Assembly (NCBI RefSeq): GCF_006345805.1
Contig: NC_042997.1
Span: forward strand, 115,816,001-115,880,000
DNA: 64,000 nucleotides
Direction of reading: 5' to 3'
Source: Octopus sinensis
Lineage: Eukaryota
Shown here one piece after another: positions 22,630 through 35,840 of the stretch (positions are counted from its first letter, which is position 1; each line of letters starts with the position of its first letter). The translations under genes and the position numbers were made by a program. Below the pieces are notes generated by a model. The model did no database searches, was not told the origin of the DNA, and saw only the letters and a list, made by a program, of their open reading frames with translations.

Positions 22630-24510
22630 TTCAATTTAAGCCAGAACAACCAGTAAAGAGTCTCGGCAGATGGTATAGAGATTTATTAAATGATAAGAAG
22701 CAAGGGAAAGAAACACACGAGTTAGTGGAACAAGGATTAAAGGCAATTAACAGAACAACGCTGCCGGGAAAATTCAAATGTTGGATACTGCAACTTGGGC
22801 TGTACCCAAGAATAATGTGGCCATTGCAAATGTACGAAATAGCCTCCAATAGAGTAGAAAGGGTGGAGCAAAGATGCAGTGTGTTTATCAGAAAATGGCT
22901 TGGTCTGCCGAAACCACTGAATTCAACTGCACTATATGGAAAACCCGTACTGCAACTACCAATAACATCCATCGCCGAAGAATATAAGGCAGGAAATGCA
23001 AGGACAGTAATGATGCTAAGGTATTCAAAAGATCAGAGCATCCGGGGAAAACCCTTCAAAGGTACGAACAGGGAGGAAATGGAAGGCGGAAGAGGCAGTA
23101 AACAGGGCGATCGGAAAACTAAAGCACGCAGATATAGTCGGAGCGACGCAAGAGCAGTGTAAAAGAGATGAAAGAGGCAGTGGTATACGAAGTGAGAAAG
23201 GAGGAAGAAGAAATGCAGTCAACAGGGACAGTGCCTGAGATGGGAGGAATATGTGATCAACCGCAGAATATCATGGAAGGAACTTTGGGCTTGGGAACAA
23301 GCAAGAACATCCTTCCTGATCAAGTCTACCTTCGACGTTCTACCCTCACCGGTGAACTTAGTCCGGTGGAACATAAACAAAACCGATGAGTGTAGATGCG
23401 GAGAGAAAGCGATGGTTAGACATGTTCTGTCAAGTTGCAGACTAGCACTTGAAAGATATACATGGTGGCATAATCAAGTCCTCGGTGTCATAAGCGCAGC
23501 ACTCAAGGAGAAGATCGAGAGGTACAATAGGGGAGAGTACCCAAAAGTAGAAAAGCGCAGGAAAGTATACTTCCACAAGGAGGGAAAAGGTTATAAAACC
23601 AGGCCTACAAGTAAAGTATACGAGATAGACGAAAGATGGAAGGGATACTGGGAGGTGGCCACGGACTTGGAAAGACAAGTAGTATTTCCACTAATAAAAA
23701 CAACAAAAAGACCGGATTTAGTTCTATGGAACAGAGACCAGAGAACGGGAATTTTACTAGAACTGAATTTTACTAGAACATCAGCAATGCAGAAGAACGA
23801 AAGGAGAAGAGGTATGAAAAGCTAATCGAAGAATGTAGAGAACAGGGATGGAATGTCGAATATTATCACCTGGCAGTGGGGGCTAGAGGCTTCATTGAAA
23901 AGAAAATGACAACGCTTTTCAAAAGAAGATTTGTTTTTTTCTAGCCCCGACCTGCGTAAACTAATAAGGAGAATACAGGAGGCAGTCGAAAAAGCCAGTT
24001 TCTATATATGGCTGAAGCGGGAAGGCCGAAAATGGCTTGAAAGTCAAAAACACGCCGACGGGAAATAACATCATTAGGTGAGACAAAGCTGACTGACAGG
24101 TGACGGTCGTTTAGAAAAAGCGCGGGCTGAAACTACGCGCCTTCACTAGTCAGTTAAGGTGAGACAGTGTCACATGACAACTCGCTGGGGCTGCCTGCTG
24201 GAGCCTATGCGGCAGGTATTTAAAGGGAGAAATTTGACAAGACAGTCAGTCACCGGCTGACACTCGCTGACGATACATCGAAGAGGCCAGGGAACAGAAG
24301 AAAGAAGAGGAAAGAAGACATACACCCAACACCAGAGCTGAAGACACCTCCGAAAGGGGGGTCCCCGCCACGTCAAAACGGTAGAGGAGTAGGGGCCGAA
24401 ACCGGACGTGGTTCCTCCTGATGATGTCTTGAGCTAACTGGATCCTATAAAGGAGCTGTTGTGGTAGTAAACCACGAAACACGGTTGTAATTCCTGATTT
24501 CTTAAATAGG
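22630..24510 (+). mobile_element. 5'-truncated HERO-like (R2-group, REL) non-LTR retrotransposon
   Basis: EQPVKSLGRWY, LPGKFKCWILQLGLYPRIMWPL, RKWLGLP, LQLPITSIAEEYK, CRCGEKAMVRHVLSSC, YTWWHNQVL, TTKRPDLVLW, AEERKEKRYEKL, AVGARGF, AVEKASFYIWLKR. Several frameshifts; stop codon at 24066-24068. Confidence 0.85.
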
Positions 24511-24904
24511 TACACCGCTTGAATTTTGATAGCAGGGAAAAGTCGATTATATCGATTCCATTTTTTTACTCATACTTTATTTTGTTGACCTCAGAAGGAA
24601 GGCAAATATGACCTCAGCAGGATTTGATCTCTTGAAATGAAACTAATAATAGCAAAAAAAAAATGTCTAGTCTCTGTTCCATAATTTTCAAACCATTTCT
24701 CCCGATATACATCAAACAGGGTACACCAACACTATTAGACACGATGAAGAGGTACACTGCAAGAAGGAGTTTAAAAATCCTTTCTATAAATGAACGTGAG
24801 TGTGTGTGCGTGCGTGTGTGTGTGTATGTAAATATGAGAGAGAGAGATAGGGAGAGAGCACAGGGTGAGAGAAAGACAAGGAGAGAGGGAGAATGAGATA
24901 TATA

Positions 24905-25150
24905 GGTAAGAGATTCCTGTTTCACCTCGACAAACATTTTCCAGTAAATCACAGGTACAGGAAAATGTTTAAGAGACGATTTGTAAAATTATCATTTAGC
25001 TGCTGCTCCAATATGAAGAGTATCATTACGCGAGGTCAACAGCAAGAGTTCAAATCTAGTTGTAACTGTCGAGACCCAGGAACCTGTTTACTTGACCAGC
25101 AATGTATGATTGAATCTGTCAGATATGAGGCAGAAGTTACTGCAACGCTA
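24905..25150 (+). mobile_element. Penelope-like element ORF remnant (RT-to-GIY-YIG linker)
   Basis: FLFHLDKHFPVNHRYRKMFKRRFVKLSFSCCSNMKSII...SCNCRDPGTCLLDQQCMIESVRYEAEV matches the PLE pattern KHFP..H...IF.R..VKLSYSC..N...CNCR....C.L...C....VVY.A.V. Confidence 0.75.
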
Positions 25151-25860
25151 GTAGTTGAAAATAGTCGAAAAGTCCACACCTTATGTCAACGGATCAAAAA
25201 AGAGTAAGCTATGCTTAAATGAAAGAGCTCAGATCTTTTTCATATCTAAGATCTCTAACTCACTGCTGAACTCTAGTTCTGAAATTTTCAGCAGTTGTAA
25301 ACATATGCCTAAGTTTCTCCTATATCTGATTAACTTCTACCATAAAATCTAAGTCACTATTTTTTCAGCCTTATAATTTTCGGTCTAAGGGAGATAAGTC
25401 TTTTCCTTCTTTCTGATTACTTTTTCGTTTTCCGTTTTATTTAACACTCAATTTTTTTCTATATACTTCCTTCTCGCCTTTTCTCATTTCTTCTCTCATT
25501 CAATTTTTAGTTCGTTATGCCATTTGGACTGTACTTGATGATTGTACTGAGATGTCGGACATATTATAAAACATTGCTTGGCTTGTTCTCAGCACAAGGA
25601 ACTATTAGTAGCACATAAAAACATGTATTGTGTCAATTAAATAATATTTATTTCTCACCAGATGGAGTACTTTTTTTGTTGATTACCATCACGGAACAGT
25701 ATAGTATATCATTATATATATATATATATTATATATATATATATATATATGTTTATAAATATTTATATATATATATATATATATCCATACATAATACACA
25801 CACACACATATACGTATACACATACACACACATATGTATATATATATATATATATATATA

Positions 25861-25963
25861 GTAATATAATAAATAAATAAATTATATGCATATATTCATA
25901 CATATATGTACATACTTACATCTACATGTATATATACATGCATACATATATATATATATATAT

Positions 25964-26047
<84 letters not shown>

Positions 26048-26240
26048 ATATGAGTACAGGACAGCACAAATAAACGTAGAACACAACGAGAGACGAGAAC
26101 ATAAAATCAAACAAGGAAACGGACTTTTTTTAAACAACGAAAAAACAGAATACTGGACAAACAATACAAGAAAAATTCCCCTTCATCAGCTGTCCCTGGT
26201 TCGACTCAAAGTGTGTTTCGAAGGTAAGGACAGAACACAG
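25861..26240 (+). repeat. Direct repeat copy 1 (copy 2 at 26746-27025), LTR-like
   Basis: GTAATATAATAAATA...GAGTACAGGACAGCACAAATAAACG...TTTCGAAGGTAAGGACA recurs with only a few substitutions and a shorter (TA)n. Confidence 0.9.
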
Positions 26241-26324
26241 TCGAAGCAGTCCTTCCTGCAAAAGGAATTAAATAAAATTCTTTTGCAGAGGGTTAAAACA
26301 AGTGACAAAAACAGGACGTAAAAG

Positions 26325-26405
26325 CAATACAAATGAAGAAAAAACAATACAAATGAAGAAAAAACAATACAAATGAAGAAAAAACAATACAAATGAAGAA
26401 AAAAC
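26325..26405 (+). repeat. 20-bp minisatellite, 4 copies (CAATACAAATGAAGAAAAAA)
   Basis: Four exact tandem units. Confidence 0.95.
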
Positions 26406-26745
26406 AGTACAATAAAGAAACAGGACAGGAAACAGACAATAAGGGCTTTTTTTGCCTGGACGGTGGAAAAATTAGTTAGAACGCTTGTGAAAAATCGGCT
26501 TACGAAGGACAGAGAAGTCAAACTATACTTGTTGAAAGACGAAGCTGAAAGAAAGTTTTGGCAACCCTCTGGTCAGGGGGAGGAGAGAGAGAGAGAGAGT
26601 GGGGAAGAAACCAGAAAGGGTGAAAAACAAGTAGAGAGAAAGACAGACAGGCAGGGAGGAAAGGTCAAAGAGTACGCGTCGTGATGATTCAAATAAAAAC
26701 TTGGAGAAGAGAAATAGAGAAATAACGCGTGCGTTCGGTCATATA

Positions 26746-27025
26746 GTAATATAATAAATAAAATATATGCATATATACATACATATATGTACATACTTAC
26801 ATCAACATGTATATATACATGCATACATATATATATGAGTACAGGACAGCACAAATAAACGTAGAACACAACGAGAGACGAGAAGATAAAATCAAACAAG
26901 GAAACGGACTTGTTTTAAACAACGAAAAAACAGAGTACAGGACAAACAATACAAGGAAAATTCCCCTTCATCACCTGTCCCTGGTTCGACTCAAAGTATG
27001 TTTCGAAGGTAAGGACAAAACACGG
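26746..27025 (+). repeat. Direct repeat copy 2
   Basis: Collinear with 25861-26240. Confidence 0.9.
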
Positions 27026-27054
27026 AACACACACACACACCATACACACACACA

Positions 27055-27170
<116 letters not shown>

Positions 27171-27302
27171 GTATGTATGTATGTATATTAACAATCTGCA
27201 CTCATGACTGTTATCACGTCCAAAAATGATACGCCTGTTGTTACTGTCATTGCGAGCAGCAGTAGCAGCAGCAGCAGCAGAAGAAGCAGCAGAAGCAGCA
27301 GA

Positions 27303-27372
<70 letters not shown>

Positions 27373-27989
27373 TGGTCATTTTTATTTATAATTTCCTTTT
27401 AGTTTATTTACCTTGATCTTGTCTTATTTTCCATTTCCGTCGCATGGACAATATTTTAGTTATTTCAGCGGTGCTGCAGCATGGCCACAGTCCAGTGGCT
27501 GAAATAAGTAAAAGATAAAAAATAAAATAAAATAAAAGGTAAACAAACAGTGGCATTTCTGATGAATGGACCTTGTCACATATCCAAGTATGACCATCAT
27601 GTAATAATGTTGTCTGCTCATACGTTCCATCTCAGAGGCATGAAGTGAAGCGGTAACCAGTGTAAATCGAACCCACACCTCTCTATACACAATTAACAAG
27701 ACAGTGAGGCAATCCTTTGGTATTGGTACACAACGTCATTGCCCCACACAACCTTTCTTTTATGACATAGATAAAGCGGCTAGGCGGAAAAAGCGGGGGA
27801 CAGACGTATGTATATACATATATACTGTAGACCAATACCGAAGGGTCATCAAAAGTGAACAATAAACATTATGTTTTGCTGTATGGTGTAGAATTGTTTG
27901 CCTTTGTTGAGCCCTAATGGAAAGAGAGCTATAATCAAAGACGATCCATTTCTAGCAGCCCAAACGAGTCCCAGAGGTTCCATCGTTGT

Positions 27990-28500
27990 CTCTCGCTGCT
28001 GCTTTGATTTGATGTTGTTGCTGCTGCTGCCCCTGCTGCCGCTGCTGCTACCGCCCATGCTGCTGCTGCTGCTGCTGCTGTTGCAGTTGCTGTTGTTGGT
28101 GTTCTCCTCCTCGTCGTCGTCGTCATCGTCGTTGTCATTGTCATCATCGTTGTCGTCGATGGTGATGATGACGGCGACGCTGCCGACGACGTGGACGATG
28201 ATGATGATGATGAAGAAGTTAAGAAGGGGAGGAGGAGGAAGAGGAGAAGGAGATGATGATGATAATGGAGGTGATGATGGTGATGATGATGCTATGGTGA
28301 TGACGATAATGATGATGATGAAGATGATGACGCCAATGATGACAATGATGATGATGCGACAACGGCGTCGACTTCGATGACGAAGAGAATGATGATGACG
28401 ATGATGATGATGATGATGATGATTATGATGATGGTGGTGGTGGTGGTGGTGGTGGTGGTGATTGTGGTGGTGATGACGACGACGGTTATACTTAGTGCTA
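27990..28500. repeat. Compound trinucleotide repeat block (GCT/GTC/GAT/GGA/GGT)
   Basis: Direct reading. Confidence 0.95.
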
Positions 28501-28705
28501 ATGGTGTTTGGTTGGTTGGATTGGCAGTGGCAGTGATGATGGTCATGGTGACAATGTCGTCATAGAGTCGGAAGGAGGAGTTGATCGATTCTAACAACTC
28601 CTGAGTGGTGTTGATGTCATTACGAACGGTCGTCATGACAACGACGCTGACAAGGTTCTCAACGAAACTGGAGTAATTCAAGTATTGTGAGATGTATGTG
28701 TGTGA

Positions 28706-28772
<67 letters not shown>

Positions 28773-29062
28773 TGTGTGCGTGTGGGCGAGTGTACGTGTG
28801 TGTACATATATGGCCATACATACAAATATATAAATATATATACATATATAAATATATATATAGTTATATACTTTGATATACTTTGATAGGTTTCGGCCAT
28901 TATTGGCCCAGGCCATGTCTAACTTAATAGCACCACCTATATATATACCTACATTTTAATCTCTCTCTCTCTCTCTCTCTCCCTCCTATATATATATATA
29001 TAATATAATATATATATGCATATATAGATTCAAATGTAGGTAGATATTTATATAATTATATA

Positions 29063-29097
<35 letters not shown>

Positions 29098-29185
29098 ACA
29101 TAAATACATATATATACATATATAAATAAATATATATACATATATACATATCCTTTTACAAGAAATATATGTATATGTGTATATA

Positions 29186-29252
<67 letters not shown>

Positions 29253-29607
29253 GTATGTATGTATATAGCGCCTGCAAAAGTTTCCCTATCTTCGTTCATT
29301 GCCGTTCCTTCTTCCACTTATCAGATTTGGATGTAATAATGGAAGCAGTCTTGTCTCTTGTCTTGAGACTATTCATGTCACGCAGGACGCTTTCCCATAA
29401 ACCCTTTCTACAGTTTCATTACATTGCTATTAGATCCAGCAGATTGCCTTCCAGTTCGTTACCCTAGCATTCATGTTCATCTTCCTTTCATGCATACACA
29501 CGCTCACACACATATATTTATACACCACACACACACACACATATAGATAGATAGATAGAAAAAGATGTTGTGAGTATATGTATGTATATGTATGTGTATA
29601 TATATAT

Positions 29608-29660
<53 letters not shown>

Positions 29661-29752
29661 ATATATATTGTGGATGAGTATATATATGTAGATGTGTATA
29701 GTGTACATGTATACGTGTGTATACACACAGACACACACACCACACACACACA

Positions 29753-29818
<66 letters not shown>

Positions 29819-30131
29819 CATTAGTCTAGTTGATGAGCACTGTTATTTATATCTTCCCTGATAAGATTGATGCATTACTGACCATTATACATCCTGTCGG
29901 ATGTATTTTGAATGCATCCATCGAAACATATGTCGGTGATATGAAGATATTAATGATTTAATAACATCTTGAGCGTTTGTCGCTTGTTGAATTTTTCCTA
30001 ATTTTCTCCTATACACGTCTTGCTTATCCCCGGAATCAAATCCCACAAAAGTGTGACCATTGTTTCCTAGGACATTTAAGCAACGTTGTAATTATTCCCC
30101 TGGATATTTCCTATAAATTGTACACTCATAG

Positions 30132-30250
<119 letters not shown>

Positions 30251-30369
30251 CGGTGAATGGATGGATGGATGGATGAATAGATAGAGAGAGAGAGAAATCG
30301 AGGGAGATGCATACATACATATACGCACATATTTTACGTGTATGTAATGTATGTATGTATGTATGTATG

Positions 30370-30412
<43 letters not shown>

Positions 30413-30847
30413 GTGCATGTCTGTGTGTCTGTGTGCGTATGTATGTATGTATGTATGTATGTAGATGTATGTATGTATTATGTATTATGTATATGTATAA
30501 CTACGACGCTTCTATCTCTGACTCTTTTTGTACGTATATTTATATATCTATGTACGTATGTGTATGTGCGTGTGTAAGTATATGTATATGTATGTATATA
30601 CACACATACATATATATATATATATATGTATATATCAGTACATCGCACTATCGATGTACCTATTTACCTATCTATCATTCTATCTCTACCCCCTCATAAT
30701 TATTTATCTATCTGTCTAGCTATCTATCTACCTATCCATCTGTCTGTGTGTCTATCTACCAAGCTTCTCATCTATAACTATCTTTCAACTAGCACGTGTA
30801 TGAGTGTGCCTGCGTGTGTGTGTATGTGTGTGTGTGTGTATGTGTGT

Positions 30848-30918
<71 letters not shown>

Positions 30919-31079
30919 TGTGTGCGAGATTTATTTTCTCCACTCCAACGTCTCTTTCACTTGATAGATAAATACTCTTATAAAAATAAAAACAAGTCGT
31001 TCAGAAAAACTGAACTCCCAAAGATGTTATCCAAACGTTTGATAAACTTAAAATAAATTCTCTTAATATTAAGAATACA

Positions 31080-31315
31080 GATGGCGGCGAGCTGGCAGAA
31101 TCTTTATCACGCCGGGCGAAATGCTTAGCGGCATTTCGTCTGTCGTTACATTCCGAGTTCAAATTCCGCCAAGGTCGACTTTGCCTTTTATTCTTTAGGG
31201 ATCGATTAAATAAGTACCAGTTACGCACTGGGCCCAATGTAGTGGACTTAATCCCTTTGTCTGTTCTTGTTTGTCCCCTCTATGTTTAGTCCTCTGTGGA
31301 CAATAAAGAAATAAA
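31080..31315 (+). mobile_element. SINE family B
   Basis: GGCGGCGAGCTGGCAGAATC head, core, and AATAAAGAAATAAATAA tail. Confidence 0.8.
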
Positions 31316-31482
31316 TAATAATACAGACGGCGTTGTAATGGCCTCCTAGCATGAAATTCTTCTTCCGGCAATAAACATTCTGGGTTCAAGTGTAGCTAAC
31401 GTCAACGTCGAATTTTTTTTTAATCTCCCATCCTTCAGGGGTTGGATACCATATGAATGCTCCATGTACTGGATCTGTAGTG

Positions 31483-31600
31483 GAAGGCGCGTGGCCTAGT
31501 CATTAGGTTATTGCACTCACGATCTTGGTTCGATTCCCGGGCAGGGTGGCTCGTTGTATTCTTGAGCAAAACATATCATTTCTCGTTGCTCTGGCTTTAC
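31483..31600 (+). mobile_element. SINE family C tRNA-like head fragment
   Basis: GGAAGGCGCGTGGCCTAGT...GGTTCGATTCCCGG...TTCTTGAGCAAAAC. Confidence 0.6.
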
Positions 31601-31679
31601 GATATATCTTCCAGATCTTTGTACTCTGAGTTCGAATCACGCCTGCTTGGACATAAACAGACCAGCATTGGGGGGGGGG

Positions 31680-31782
<103 letters not shown>

Positions 31783-31921
31783 CAGGTTCAGCAAAATTTA
31801 GATTCAGATGAATATGGTACTTAAGTTGAAGGCACCAGAAATTTGGTGTGGTATTATCCATATAAATCAAATGGGGTGATTATAATCCAAAATATCTTGG
31901 ATATCCTTGTTACTTATTTTG

Positions 31922-32012
<91 letters not shown>

Positions 32013-32014
<2 letters not shown>

Positions 32015-32252
32015 GACAGGTTTCTTTCAGTTTCCGTCAACCAAATCCACTCACAAGGCTTTGGTCCGGCGTAGCAATTTGGGCAAGCTGTAGATCAGTA
32101 AAAAAGAGAACACCTATGCTGAACTATCGAGAAATCTGCAGTTAGTCTATCCAGATTACAAGTTCAGAAGCACAAATTGCTACCCAGAGGGACTGAACCC
32201 AGAACCATGTGGTTGGGAAGCAAGCTTCTTACCATACAGCCATTTCTGCGCC
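32013..32252 (-). mobile_element. SINE family A 5' half, interrupted
   Basis: Family A 5' sequence split by a ~95-bp insert. Confidence 0.7.
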
Positions 32253-32552
32253 TATATACGTATACACATACACACACGCATGTATGTATGTATGTCATTA
32301 TTAAATTTATTTCAAAATTTCTAGCCAATAGAGAAAAAACTGGTTTCTAACCTAGATCCAAGGCTCCTTCATTGAAATTTCAATATCAACAACAGAGTAT
32401 TTTTGTATGTATGCATGTATTTTTGTATGTATGCATGTATGTATGCATGTATGTATGCATGCATGCCTGCATGCATGTGTGTACGTATGTATGTATGTAT
32501 GTATGGATGGATGGATGGATGGATGGATGGATGGATGGATGGATGGATGGAG

Positions 32553-33322
32553 ATGTGCGGATTTGAATGTTTTATATATGTATTCCCATGCATATTGTGG
32601 CATATCTAGACATGCTCATATATATTTAAATGATAAACTTCTGGAAAGTTTTACAGATTTTTACAGTTCCAGTGATGGATTGGATCTGTAGTCTTCGAAT
32701 TAGCCTTCTCCTTTCTGGTTTCGAGAAGCCCAATTTCTCAAGATTGGTATTTAGGCAGTGTGTTACATATCCCAGGGCCCTAGTACCTGCAGGTATAAAC
32801 CTGAACTTGTAATCTGCATAGAGTAGCTGCATATTTCTCAATAGTTCAGCATACGTGTTCTTTTTTTCACTGATCTTCAGCTTTATGATAACATCAGCTG
32901 GGCAGCTAATTTCCACAACTATGCACAGTTTCTCTTCTCGATCCCAAATCATTATATCAGGTCTGTTATGCTTACATTTCACTAAGGTCTTCCCAGGTAC
33001 ATTCCACCAGTATTCCTTTTTATTATGAGTGGCTATGGCTTCTACCATACTGTGGGTTCTTATTTCTTTGTCCTCGAGATTATCCTTCCGACGGATTTCA
33101 TTATATAGTGTCCTAGCTACAACATCATATCTCATCGGTAGATAATACCATGATGACATTTTCGGACAACTGCTTATGATGTGGGTGATATATTCGGTGT
33201 GAACTCCACAAAGTCTGCATCGGTTGTCACACTTTACGGCTTTACCTGCATTTCTATCCCTTTTGTACATCAGATAATTGGTTGATATTTCCTGTTCCTG
33301 GATTGCAAACGGATACCCTTTA
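32553..33322 (-). mobile_element. 5'-truncated R4/Dong-like non-LTR retrotransposon (second lineage): zinc knuckle and REL endonuclease
   Basis: KGYPFAIQEQEISTNYL (R4-type FAIQxQ motif), CRLCGVHTEYITHIISSC, YWWNVP, KHNRPDIMIWDREEKLCIVVEISCP, ISEKKNTY, ALGY. The frame is open to the stop at 32626. Confidence 0.85.
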
Positions 33323-33744
33323 AAGCTGCGGTCATGCTGGGGCACCACCGTTGGATGTGCTACATCGTTATTTGAAATCTCTTCTGATATTTAATACTTG
33401 GTGAATGAGTGAGTTTGATGTTGCTGCCCTCGTCTGTGTTTCCTGCCTTGTGGTAGGCTCATCTGAAACCCTTGCCGGTCTTTCAGACATTTTGGAAGGA
33501 TTCTGGAGAGCTGTGGGCCATTGAAACCCAAGCTGTTTCAGTATCTGGTCCTGTATTTCGATGGTGATACACGCACGCGCTCGCACACACACGCACATAA
33601 AAAGAGAGAAACAGATATCTCTGTTTTCGCCATTTCTCTATGTATGTATGTATGTATGTATGTATGTATGTATGTATGTATGTATGTATGTATGTATGTG
33701 TATGTATGTATGTGCGCGTGTGTGTGTGTGAGTGTGTGTGCGTG

Positions 33745-33960
33745 TCTCTGTTTGTGTGTCCGTTTGTCCGTCCATCATCGCTAGACAACCGATGCTGGTA
33801 TGTTTACGTCCCCGTAACTTAGCGGTTCGACAAAAGAGACCGATAGAATAAGTACTTGGCTTACAAAGAATAAGTCCTGGGGTCGATTTGCTCTACTAAA
33901 GGCGGTGCTCCAGCATGGCCGCAGTCAAATGCCTGAAACAAGTAAAAAGAATAAAAGAAA
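33745..33960 (+). mobile_element. SINE family A 3' half
   Basis: CATCGCTAGACAACCGATGCTGG...CCAGCATGGCCGCAGTCAAATG...AAACAAGTAAAA. Confidence 0.8.
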
Positions 33961-34463
33961 AGAATGTGTGTGTGCGTGTGTGTGTGTATGTGTGTGTGTG
34001 TGTGTGTGTGTGAGTGTGTGTGTGTGTGTGTGTCTGCTTATATGTATGTGTATATATGTACTGACTTTTCTATATCATTGTTTTAGAAGATATTTGAAAT
34101 AGTTCAAGCAAATCCCTTTGTCATTTAATTTGTTACACACTCGTTCTTCAGCCGAATAAATGAACTCCCACTGACACCTCCCTATTAAAACTGACAGACA
34201 TTGATTTCAATTACTTTTGTTTTCTCATCTTTATTTACATTTTCTCTCCAATTTTTATGGAGGACGAAGATGGCAAAGACGATGAAGTGAGGCTGGGACA
34301 TTTTTATATTAGACTTTTGTTGATTTCGTACATAAGTGGCTGGTAGTTTTTTCACAGCTGACACCACTGTTGAATTATCTGGCCCCACGCACCCTCTTTT
34401 TTTTTTTTTTTTTTTCGTGTGACATGTTTACAAGATGTCCTGTTGGACAGTAAATAGAGCCCT

Positions 34464-34516
<53 letters not shown>

Positions 34517-34517
34517 T

Positions 34518-34573
<56 letters not shown>

Positions 34574-34957
34574 ATCTATCTCTCTGTACTCAATACAAAA
34601 TTAGAAAATGTTGGTTAGGTGAAGACATATATCCAGCCCAAGAATATAATTCCTGGTTCTTGTTCCGTCAACATATGTAATTAATAATGACAGAAGAACA
34701 AGAAGTCCAGTCATGTGCCTTCAGTTTGACTTAGACAATCCACGAAGAATGCTTACCAAACTATACAATAAATAAAATGGAGACGATATTTACGTGTGAT
34801 AACTGACTGGATCTAACAAAACATTTAGATTCTTGTTGTCATCTATTTCGATCTTAAACTAATGATTAAATTAGTTAATTAATTTCTATAGGGTTTAGTG
34901 ATGCAAACAAGAAAAACTGAACTCAAAACATGGATGTGTATACACACACACACACAC

Positions 34958-35062
<105 letters not shown>

Positions 35063-35198
35063 ATGTATGTGTGTAAATATATATATATGTATATAGATTG
35101 AGGGCTTCGAATGTCTCGTCCGTGTTTTTTGTGTCGTCTTCAAAATGTTTTGCGTTCTTATCCCAGTTTGTATTTTTTATACATATATATATTAATAT

Positions 35199-35293
35199 CT
35201 AGCAGAAGCATCGAAGTGACTCAAGGGCCGATAGTTTCGTGCGTCAGCTAACGTACGAAACTCGCGGCCCTTGAGTCATCATTGCTTCTGTTA
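35199..35293. repeat. ~95-bp GC-rich hairpin
   Basis: TAGCAGAAGCA..TGACTCAAGGGCCG..AGTTTCGT pairs with ACGAAACT..CGGCCCTTGAGTCA..TGCTTCTGTTA. Confidence 0.85.
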
Positions 35294-35339
35294 AATAATT
35301 AATAAAGAATATATTAATTAATTTCCATAATTATTTAAC

Positions 35340-35470
35340 TCTTATATATTCTCAGACTACCGTCTTTGTCTTGGTTGTTGTAGTCACAACGTTTCGGCCG
35401 TTGTACAATCTGGGCATCTTCAGGTACTTCACGCATTTTGTAACCTCGAAATTTCTTTCCAATTCCTTTA
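35340..35470 (-). mobile_element. Penelope-like terminal (pLTR) fragment with a hammerhead-like core
   Basis: Minus strand reads GAAGTAC-CTGAAGA-TGCCCAGATTGTACAACGGCC-GAAAC-GTT-GTGACTAC. Confidence 0.55.
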
Positions 35471-35840
35471 TTAAATTCGTGGTGGCAGAGAGTTAACGCT
35501 CTCACTCCACTATCCAACCCCGTGACATTCAAATTTAACAAATTAGATAAAGACAATTATCCAAGTATATAGATAGATAATTCCTCCATTCTGAAATTTA
35601 GGCTAGATTCCGAACATCCGAAAATTCCAAAATTCCAAAAATTCCAAGCGTTTATAAACATCATTTATGTTGTATTTATTTATTCTCTACAAAAAAAAAA
35701 GAAAATTTTTCTACTTCTAGATTAAGTAATTTTACTATATTTTTCATTAAATTTCTGTTTATTTTATACTTCTTTTCATTAAAAGAAACTTGTTTAGCAA
35801 ACCTTGAAGAGATCTGAGCAAAAGAAATACACAATAAATA

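Noticed and set aside
24395-24430. GAAAC...CTGATGA in the HERO 3' UTR as a permuted hammerhead
   Set aside because: Only about 4-5 nt separate the putative cleavage site from CUGAUGA, so stem I cannot form.
26170-26230. Minus-strand GAAAC...GTC...CTGATGA as a type II hammerhead
   Set aside because: The 13-nt stem I segment is not self-complementary, stem III has an A-A mismatch, and the second copy mutates C3.
27188-28900. Poly-Ser, poly-Ala, poly-Leu and Thr-rich ORFs as a mucin-like or polyQ gene
   Set aside because: These are compound trinucleotide repeats that are open in several frames on both strands, with no domain or convincing splice structure.
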